Assembly: GCA_023382335.1 (NCBI GenBank)
Contig: JAMCPM010000002.1
Span: forward strand, 115,173 to 179,172
Origin: Actinomycetota bacterium
Lineage (GTDB): Bacteria > Actinomycetota > Thermoleophilia > BMS3ABIN01
Length of the DNA: 64,000 bases
Reading direction: 5' to 3'
The stretch's first letter is position 1; the number at the start of each line of letters is the position of its first letter. The position numbers and the translations under genes are program-made. The notes under the pieces are model-generated. The model worked only from the letters and a program-made list of their open reading frames with translations, was not told where the DNA came from and made no database searches. Below are positions 57,591-64,000 of this stretch, piece by piece.

Positions 57591-58073
57591 GTGGACGTAC
57601 TGGTACTGATAGACAAGCTCGACGAGATCGTTAACAACGCCAGGCCGATGCCCATGACCGACAAGGTCATGATCGACCGTGAGGAGATCTACGACATCCT
57701 CGATCAGATGCGCACCACCATCCCCGAGGAGATCAAGCAGGCGCGCTGGATAGTCAAGGAGCGCCAGGAGATGCTCGCCGAAGCCAAGACCGAGAGCGAC
57801 CGTATCATCAAGGAAGCCAACGATCAGGCCGAGCGGCTGGTTTCCGAGCAGGAAGTCGTGAAGATGGCCGAGCGCAACGCCGCCCAGATAATGGAAGACG
57901 CTCGCGCGCGCGAGCGTGAGATCCGCCTCGGCGCCGAGGATTACGCCGACGAGGTCCTGGAGACGCTGGAGACCAATCTCGGCAAGTTCCTGGCGGCGGT
58001 GCAGAGGGGGCGCGAGCGTCTGCAGGGCAAGGCCGAGCTCGAAGAGGGCGAAGAAGCCCGCGCCGAGGAATAA
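57591..58073 (+). CDS. hypothetical coiled-coil protein (charged, Glu/Arg/Ala-rich)
   Basis: GGAGG RBS + GTG; 160 aa; conserved position between coaD and yceD; no recognisable catalytic motif. Confidence 0.4.
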   Translation: MDVLVLIDKLDEIVNNARPMPMTDKVMIDREEIYDILDQMRTTIPEEIKQARWIVKERQEMLAEAKTESDRIIKEANDQAERLVSEQEVVKMAERNAAQIMEDARAREREIRLGAEDYADEVLETLETNLGKFLAAVQRGRERLQGKAELEEGEEARAEE

Positions 58074-58219
58074 GCCCGCCGGCAGGCCGGGTCCGCGGGC
58101 GCGGCCCGGAACCAAGATCGACCGTTTTCCTGCGGAAGGCCCGTGTTTAAGCGGCGGGCGATCGGCAGATAATCCCCTCATGATACCCATCCTGTAAGCC
58201 TCACCCCTGGAGACCTTCC

Positions 58220-58756
58220 ATGCCTGACCGCAGTCCCACGACACTCGAACTCGCCACCCTTCCCCTGGAACCGGGAACACCCATGGTTTTCGAGCGCAAG
58301 ATCTGGCTGCCGCCGATCCGTCTTGCCGGCCAGGCCTATACATTTGTGCCTGACGTCGTCCCGGCGGCCATCAAGGTGATCGACGTCCGGCGGGGCTATG
58401 ACGTCACCATGACTTTTTCCTGCCGTCTGGAGGGACCCTGCTGGCGGTGCCTGGAGCCTGCTGACCTCGACATGGACGTCAGCGTCGAGGACTTCTTCGA
58501 GGCCGAGCTGCCGCCGCTGGAGGAGCTCGGGGAAGAAGACGAGCCCACGCTCTGGTATGAAGAGGATGGCATCCTCAACCTCTCCGAGTGGGCCCGCGAC
58601 GCCATCGCTGAGCTTCTGCCGCCGAAGATCCTCTGCCGTCCCGAGTGCAAGGGCCTCTGCCCCCAGTGCGGCGCCGACCTCAATCTCGCCGAGTGCGGCT
58701 GTGAGCCCCCGGCGGATTTCCGCTGGGACAAGCTCAGGTACTGGAAGCCTGAATGA
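58220..58756 (+). CDS. yceD: YceD/DUF177 family protein (large ribosomal subunit accumulation)
   Basis: C-terminal CRPECKGLCPQCGADLNLAECGC four-Cys motif; classic position directly upstream of rpmF. Confidence 0.8.
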   Translation: MPDRSPTTLELATLPLEPGTPMVFERKIWLPPIRLAGQAYTFVPDVVPAAIKVIDVRRGYDVTMTFSCRLEGPCWRCLEPADLDMDVSVEDFFEAELPPLEELGEEDEPTLWYEEDGILNLSEWARDAIAELLPPKILCRPECKGLCPQCGADLNLAECGCEPPADFRWDKLRYWKPE

Positions 58757-58885
58757 GCTTTGAACCGGGGTCGAGTTCTCTGGAACCGGCCGCGCCTGCC
58801 ACCGCCGTCCGGGCCCGGCGCAGTTTACTTTGAAGCCTTCTTCCGCTATCCTACATCCTTGGTAAAACGAAAGAGGTAATCACTA

Positions 58886-59065
58886 ATGGCCGTACCCAAA
58901 AGAAAAACTTCCAAGAGACGGCGGGACCAGCGCCGGGCCCACGACAGCCTGTCGAGCCCGACGATAAACTCCTGTCCGCAATGCCACAGCCCCAAGCAGC
59001 CACACCGCGTATGCCCGGTTTGCGGCACCTATAAGGGCCGCGAAGTAATCTCGTTCGAGGAGTAA
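58886..59065 (+). CDS. rpmF: 50S ribosomal protein L32
   Basis: My own translation: [59 protein letters not shown] (59 aa, hence absent from the ORF track); AAGAGG RBS. Confidence 0.85.
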   Translation: MAVPKRKTSKRRRDQRRAHDSLSSPTINSCPQCHSPKQPHRVCPVCGTYKGREVISFEE

Positions 59066-59066
59066 C

Positions 59067-61295
59067 GTGGGCGGGGGGCGCCTGACCCCGCTTTTCTTCC
59101 CCAACTCGGTCGCCGTAGTTGGCGCATCCCGCGAGCCTTCAAAAGTCGGACACGTCATCATGGCGAATCTCATCGCCGGCGGCTACAAGGGCTCGATCCT
59201 TCCCGTAAATCCCAAGGCCCGGCGCATTCTGGGCCGAAAGTGCTTTCCCACAGTCGAGGCCGCAGGCGCCTCCCTTGCCGCCGGCGCTTCACGCCGAGCC
59301 GGCGATTCACGCAGCACCAGCTCGCGGCCGGCTAATGTCGACCTCGCCGTGATCGCCATTCCCGCCACGCTCGTTCCCGAAATCATCGAAGATTGCGGCC
59401 GCGCCGGCGTCGGCGCCGCGATAGTCATCAGTTCGGGCTTCCGTGAGACCGGCAAGGAAGGCATGCTGCTGGAGAAACAGCTCGTGGCCGCGGCTCGCCG
59501 TCACCGTATCGCTCTGCTCGGCCCCAACTGTCTGGGACTCATCTGCAGCCAGTCACTTCTCAATGCCACCTTTGCCCGTTCCATGCCCAGCCCCGGCGGC
59601 ATCGCGCTGATGTCGCAGTCGGGCGCGCTTTGCACCTCGATCCTGGACTGGTCGGCCCGCGAACGCGCCGGTTTCAGCCGCTTTGTCAGCATGGGCAACG
59701 AGGCGGACGTCAATGAAGCTGACCTGCTGCGCGACTGGCGCGACGACGACGGCATCACCGTCGTGGCGGCGTATCTCGAGCAGGTGTCGGACGGACAACG
59801 TTTCCTGAGCGAGGCCCGGCGGATCTCGAAAAAGAAACCATTTGTAATGCTGAAGGCGGGCGTGACCGATGCCGGGGCCCGCGCTTCTTCATCGCACACC
59901 GGCTCTCTCGCCGGCTCGGAAAAGGCGTATATGGCGGCGGCGAGGCAGACCAACTCACTCATGGCCGGCAGCATGGAGGAGCTCTTCGACCTCATCGATC
60001 TGGCGGCCAAACAGCCACTGCCCCGGAAGGCGGGAGTCGCCATCGTCACCAACGCCGGCGGGCCCGGCATCCTGGCGGCTGACGCCTGCGAGAAGGCGGA
60101 CCTGGCGCCGGCGTCCTTTTCCAGCCGCACCATAAAGAAATTGCGTGAAGCGCTGCCTGCCGCAGCCGCGGTCTACAACCCGGTTGACCTCATGGGCGAT
60201 GCGGCCGCCGGCCGTTTCCGCGATGCTCTGGATATAATCGCCGCCGACCGTGGCGTCGGATCCATAGTAGTGTTGCTCTCACCCCAGGCTGTGACCGATA
60301 TCGAGGGAACGGCCGCCGAGATCGTCGAGCACTCGCGCTCTTCCCGGAAACCTGTCGCCGCCTGCTTCCTGGGAGGGAAGGACGTCGAGTCCGGCTTCGA
60401 GGTTCTGCGCCGGGGCGGCGTCCCCGCATTTCCTTTTCCTGAAAGGGCGGTCCGGGCGCTGGCAGATCTGACCCGCTATGCCTTGCGGCGGCGGGAGAGA
60501 TTTGAAGAGCCAAACGCTTTCCGTGTTAACCACGGCAGCGTAAAAAGGATTTTTAAGGCCGCCCGGCGTGACGGCCAGCTACATATCGGCGGCCTGCAGG
60601 CGCTCGAGATCTTCAAGGCTTATGGACTGGAGGTCCCGGCCGGGCGGCTGGCCCACAACTCTTCCGAGGCGGAGGAGATCGGCCGGGAGATCGGTTTTCC
60701 CGTCGTGATGAAGGCGGTGTCGCCAGGGCTGATGCACAAGTCTGACGTCGGCGGTGTGCGCGTCGGAGTCACCAGCGCCGCCGCCGCCAGGCGGGCCTTC
60801 GAGGAGATCGACGCCTCGGTGGAAGCCCATATGCCCGGAGCGCTGCTGACCGGGGTCGCGGTTCAGCGGCAGATCGAGGGAGCCCGCGAGGTCATCATCG
60901 GCTCGTCGCGCGATCCCCAGTTCGGCCCGCTGTTGATGTTCGGCCTGGGAGGCATCTACGTCGAGGTGATGAAGGATGTCTCGTTTCGTATCGCCCCGAT
61001 CGGCGGCGCCGAGGCCAGGTCGATGCTCACCGAGATCAAATCGTTCCCGTTGCTCGCCGGCAGCCGCGGCGAGCGGCCCGCCGACATCGACGCCATCATC
61101 GACGCCATTCTGCGCTGCTCGCAACTGGTCACTGATTTTCCCGAAATCGTCGAGCTCGACATCAATCCGCTGCTGGTGAGGGAGAAGGCCCGGGGCGGGA
61201 AGGGCAGAGGCGGGGCGGGCAGAGGCGGGGCGGGGAATGATGGCCGCGAAGGCGGCGCCTGGGCTGCCGACGCCAGGCTGGTGATCAAACCTTGA
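59067..61295 (+). CDS. ADP-forming acetyl-CoA synthetase (fused CoA-binding alpha + ATP-grasp beta domains)
   Basis: N-terminal CoA-binding Rossmann domain (SVAVVGASREPSKVGHVIMANL), succinyl-CoA-synthetase-like ligase domain, C-terminal ATP-grasp. Low-complexity inserts (GASLAAGASRRAGDSRSTSSR; GGKGRGGAGRGGAG). 742 aa. Confidence 0.75.
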   Translation: MGGGRLTPLFFPNSVAVVGASREPSKVGHVIMANLIAGGYKGSILPVNPKARRILGRKCFPTVEAAGASLAAGASRRAGDSRSTSSRPANVDLAVIAIPATLVPEIIEDCGRAGVGAAIVISSGFRETGKEGMLLEKQLVAAARRHRIALLGPNCLGLICSQSLLNATFARSMPSPGGIALMSQSGALCTSILDWSARERAGFSRFVSMGNEADVNEADLLRDWRDDDGITVVAAYLEQVSDGQRFLSEARRISKKKPFVMLKAGVTDAGARASSSHTGSLAGSEKAYMAAARQTNSLMAGSMEELFDLIDLAAKQPLPRKAGVAIVTNAGGPGILAADACEKADLAPASFSSRTIKKLREALPAAAAVYNPVDLMGDAAAGRFRDALDIIAADRGVGSIVVLLSPQAVTDIEGTAAEIVEHSRSSRKPVAACFLGGKDVESGFEVLRRGGVPAFPFPERAVRALADLTRYALRRRERFEEPNAFRVNHGSVKRIFKAARRDGQLHIGGLQALEIFKAYGLEVPAGRLAHNSSEAEEIGREIGFPVVMKAVSPGLMHKSDVGGVRVGVTSAAAARRAFEEIDASVEAHMPGALLTGVAVQRQIEGAREVIIGSSRDPQFGPLLMFGLGGIYVEVMKDVSFRIAPIGGAEARSMLTEIKSFPLLAGSRGERPADIDAIIDAILRCSQLVTDFPEIVELDINPLLVREKARGGKGRGGAGRGGAGNDGREGGAWAADARLVIKP

Positions 61296-61381
61296 TGCAA
61301 TCCAAGAGCACAACGGCCGGGAGCCCAGTGTATCTTCCCGGAAATCAAAGGGTATAGAATCCAACAAAGGAGATGACCGCC

Positions 61382-62467
61382 ATGAGCGCAAAGAAACGGG
61401 GGCCGCTCGGGCCGCTATACGTAATCGCCGCCGGGGAGCACGATGGCAAGAGCGCCATCGCCCTGGGCATGTGCCTGGCGCTGCGCAAGCGCGGCTATGA
61501 CGCCGGCTATTTCAAGCCGGTGGGAATCATGGCCAGGCACGAGGGCAAGGTCCGCGCTGATGCCGACGCGCTGGCGGCCAGTGAAGTTCTCGACCTCGCC
61601 GACGACCTCGCCGACGTCTGCCCGGTGACGCTCACCGCCCGGATGACCGACGACGCGCTGTCGGGCAAGAAGAAGACCAAGAGCTACGCCGCCGCCATCA
61701 GTATGGCGCTCTCGCGAGTGTCGCAGAAGCGCGACGTGATGGTGATGGAAGCCCTGGGCGACCCGGGCAGAGGCGCCTTTCTCGGACTCGGGGCCGCCGA
61801 AGTGGCGGAACTCACCAAAGCGCACGCGCTTCTGGTTGCGGGTTTCGGCGGCACGGCGATGCTCGATCGCATTCTCGCCGGCAGGCAGCTCCTGGGGCGC
61901 AGGCTCATGGCTGCTGTCATCAACCGGGTGCCGAAGGCGCGGCTGGAGCGCGTCGAGACCGGCTATCATTCCTTCCTCGAGCAACGCGGCGTCGACCTAT
62001 TCGGCGTCATCCGTGACGAGCCCAGGCTGTCGGCTGTCTCTGTTGCCGAGATCCGCGAGCGCCTGGGCGCCGAGATCCTGAGCGCCAACAGCGGTGAGGG
62101 GAAGCTCGTCTCCTCGGTCCTGGTCGGCGCCATGAACCAGGAGCACGCGCTCCGTTACTTTCAGAGGGTAAAAGACAAGGCGGTAATCACCGGCGGCGAC
62201 CGGTCGGATATTATTCTTGCGGCGCTGGAGACTCCGACCTCGGTGGTGGTTTTGACCGGGCATCTGCATCCGGCGCCGTCCGTGATCGGCCGCGCCGAGG
62301 AGCTGGGAGTGCCGCTGCTTTTGACCGGTCAGGACACCATGTCCGCCGCCGCCGAGATACACGAGCTGTTCGGGCACATGCACGTGCGCGAGAGGGGCCG
62401 GCTGGAAGTGATTGCCAAACTGATCGAGAAGAGCATGGACGTGGACGCGATCGTGGCCAGGCTGTGA
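61382..62467 (+). CDS. stand-alone phosphotransacetylase N-terminal-domain-like protein (P-loop CobQ/BioD-like + DRTGG domain)
   Basis: P-loop LYVIAAGEHDGKSAIALGMCLAL; C-terminal DRTGG-like region GGDRSDIILAAL; no PTA_PTB catalytic domain. Confidence 0.6.
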   Translation: MSAKKRGPLGPLYVIAAGEHDGKSAIALGMCLALRKRGYDAGYFKPVGIMARHEGKVRADADALAASEVLDLADDLADVCPVTLTARMTDDALSGKKKTKSYAAAISMALSRVSQKRDVMVMEALGDPGRGAFLGLGAAEVAELTKAHALLVAGFGGTAMLDRILAGRQLLGRRLMAAVINRVPKARLERVETGYHSFLEQRGVDLFGVIRDEPRLSAVSVAEIRERLGAEILSANSGEGKLVSSVLVGAMNQEHALRYFQRVKDKAVITGGDRSDIILAALETPTSVVVLTGHLHPAPSVIGRAEELGVPLLLTGQDTMSAAAEIHELFGHMHVRERGRLEVIAKLIEKSMDVDAIVARL

Positions 62468-62564
62468 GGCGTTTGGAGCTGATCGTCGCCGTGCTTAGCA
62501 GTCGGTCTTTTTCTGGCATCGCAGCTCGGGAAAAAGGATGTGTATTCTTTCAGGAAAAGAAAAA

Positions 62565-62596
62565 GACCGCCCTTTCGGGCGGCCTTTAAAGGTTTG
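62565..62596. terminator. rho-independent terminator (GACCGCCC-tttc-GGGCGGCC + T-rich), A-run upstream allows bidirectional use
   Basis: Read directly downstream of the DRTGG gene. Confidence 0.65.
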
Positions 62597-63037
62597 CTCG
62601 CGCGTCCACCTGTGGAGGGCAGGATGCGCAGTCGAAGACATTCTACGGCACATGGCATTCGGGCTGCGCTGGTCTCTCTTACCCACACGAGCAAATCACG
62701 AAGACAGAAGAAGTACGCAACAATTCTGCCCTCGTTTGAATAAATCGTCCTCAAGGAAGGCTAGTTTTACCCTTCGGTGAGGCTCGCATAAAACCATTGT
62801 ACGCATATATGACTATATTGCAATACTTTCCCGGTTTGCAGGCTATTCGGGAGTCTTAATGGTCCCATCTCCTTTCCTTATTAAATCTGACAATTTCAGT
62901 AATATTTTCGCTCGGCGTGATAGCCTGTCTTTGCAATGGACATCCGGCTGGTTGTTCGGCCCTCGACCGGGCATCGGCTGACGGCAGGGAGACGGTCCGG
63001 AGGGGGCGAATATGGAACCGGAAAGGATTTTCAATCG

Positions 63038-63232
63038 ATGAAAAATCCAGAAGAAGAAAACACGATCTCAGTGACCAAGCGCTATCCGTGTCACTGCTGC
63101 CACAAGAAAGCGACCATTTACTGGTCGGAGAAACGGCGCTGCTTCATCTGCGAGAACTGTCTCAAGACTTTCGACCCGGCGATCATCGCCGCGCGCAACG
63201 ACACGACCGTGGAGCAGCTCACCCTCTGCTGA
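63038..63232 (+). CDS. small zinc-ribbon protein (CxxC...CxxC), hypothetical
   Basis: MKNPEEENTISVTKRYPCHCCHKKATIYWSEKRRCFICENCLKTFDPAIIAARNDTTVEQLTLC, 64 aa. Shorter in-frame version of the tool ORF at 62936. Preceded by a 9-codon mini-ORF (63012-63041) whose TGA overlaps this ATG. Confidence 0.4.
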   Translation: MKNPEEENTISVTKRYPCHCCHKKATIYWSEKRRCFICENCLKTFDPAIIAARNDTTVEQLTLC

Positions 63233-63381
63233 GACTCAGCCGGCGCTTCCGTTCCATCCTTCCAAAAGATATTATTCCCCTTGTCAATTCCTGGTTGAGC
63301 CCTGGCGGGCATCGAGAATCGATCCCGAAGATATCGCGGCTGTGACCGAGGCCTGTAGACCTACGAACTGGAGGTTGTCTG

Positions 63382-64000
63382 ATGGGTAAGAAAGTAGCTA
63401 TCCTCACCGGCGGCGGCGACTGTCCCGGGCTGAACGCGGTCATCCGCGCGGCGACGCTCAAGCTGACCCGAGCCGGTTACGAGATGGTAGGTGTGCGCAG
63501 AGGCTGGCGCGGCCTGCTCGACAACGATTATATCCCACTTGATCTGACGCATATTTCTGGTATTTTGCACCGGGGCGGCACCATCCTCGGGACCTCGCGC
63601 ACCAACCCCATGAAAGAGGAAGGCGGCGTCGACCTGCTGGTGGACAACCTGCGCCAGAACGAGATCTGGGCGACGATCGCCATCGGCGGCGACGACACCC
63701 TCGGCGTCGCCAACCAGCTGCACGGCAAATACGCGCTCAACATGGTGGGCGTTCCCAAGACCATCGATAACGACCTCTCCGGCACCGACTACACCTTTGG
63801 ATTCGACACCGCCGTCCAGATAGCGACCGAGAACATCGACCGACTGCATACGACCGCCGAATCGCACGACCGTGTCATCGTCGTCGAGATCATGGGCCGG
63901 CATACCGGCTGGATCACGATCATGGCCGGCATCGCCGGAGGCGCCGACGCCATCCTGATCCCGGAGTTTGACATGTCGGTAGAAGAGGTCTGCGAAGTCG
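63382..64000 (+). CDS. pfkA: 6-phosphofructokinase (ATP/PPi-dependent PFK family), 3'-truncated by window edge
   Basis: My own translation: MGKKVAILTGGGDCPGLNAVIRAATLKL... with GGDCPGLNAVIR and GGDDTLGVA hallmarks; GGAGG RBS; absent from the ORF track because it runs off the window end. Confidence 0.85.
   Translation, partial: MGKKVAILTGGGDCPGLNAVIRAATLKLTRAGYEMVGVRRGWRGLLDNDYIPLDLTHISGILHRGGTILGTSRTNPMKEEGGVDLLVDNLRQNEIWATIAIGGDDTLGVANQLHGKYALNMVGVPKTIDNDLSGTDYTFGFDTAVQIATENIDRLHTTAESHDRVIVVEIMGRHTGWITIMAGIAGGADAILIPEFDMSVEEVCEV

Noticed and set aside
62591-62700. Candidate SRP RNA / 6S RNA / tmRNA in the AT-rich intergenic region
   Set aside because: No SRP domain IV motif, no 6S-like central bubble at the right length, no tmRNA or RNase P conserved blocks. 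Kept only as an unclassified structured element in findings.
1-64000. tRNA, rRNA, transposase or integrase genes
   Set aside because: Scanned intergenic regions for T-loop (GTTCGAATCC-like) motifs and the ORF track for DDE/tyrosine recombinase signatures; none found.

Overview
High-GC (~60-65%) bacterial chromosomal segment, densely coding, with mostly housekeeping operons and a few accessory-looking islands. Features in order: two type IV pilus minor-pilin-like genes (PilW-like partial, PilX-like); a translationally coupled operon of a P-type cation ATPase, two KtrA/TrkA-type RCK proteins and a cyclase-family hydrolase; a GDE-like glycoside hydrolase divergent from an orphan radical SAM gene; ilvD; a large PAS/GAF sensor with no output domain; a minus-strand hom-thrC-apgM(archaeal-type iPGM homologue) operon; a coiled-coil NlpC/P60 endopeptidase; two tandem paralogous membrane GGDEF+HD-GYP proteins carrying a conserved 8-Cys module; a branched-chain amino-acid operon (Leu-rich leader peptide/attenuator, leuA, leuC, leuD, leuB, ilvE, cimA, FAH-family); an AT-rich tandem-repeat island; dnaE; a roadblock/LC7 protein; a MoxR-DUF58-transglutaminase operon; tldD/pmbA; HU; a DUF2752-DUF4234-DUF4282 small-membrane-protein island; rpe; an FMN riboswitch driving ribD-ribE-ribBA-ribH; rpmB; recG; a GAF-GGDEF cyclase; rsmD-coaD-(unknown)-yceD-rpmF synteny; an ADP-forming acetyl-CoA synthetase next to a stand-alone Pta-N-terminal-like protein; an AT-rich intergenic region; a zinc-ribbon mini-protein; and the 5' end of pfkA. 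No rRNA, tRNA, CRISPR array or transposase was recognised. Many long antisense or alternate-frame ORFs in the track are GC-driven artefacts. Most interesting: the 8-Cys GGDEF/HD-GYP tandem, the leu attenuator, the ATPase-RCK coupling, the apgM homologue in the threonine operon, the repeat island before dnaE, and hom lacking a canonical start.
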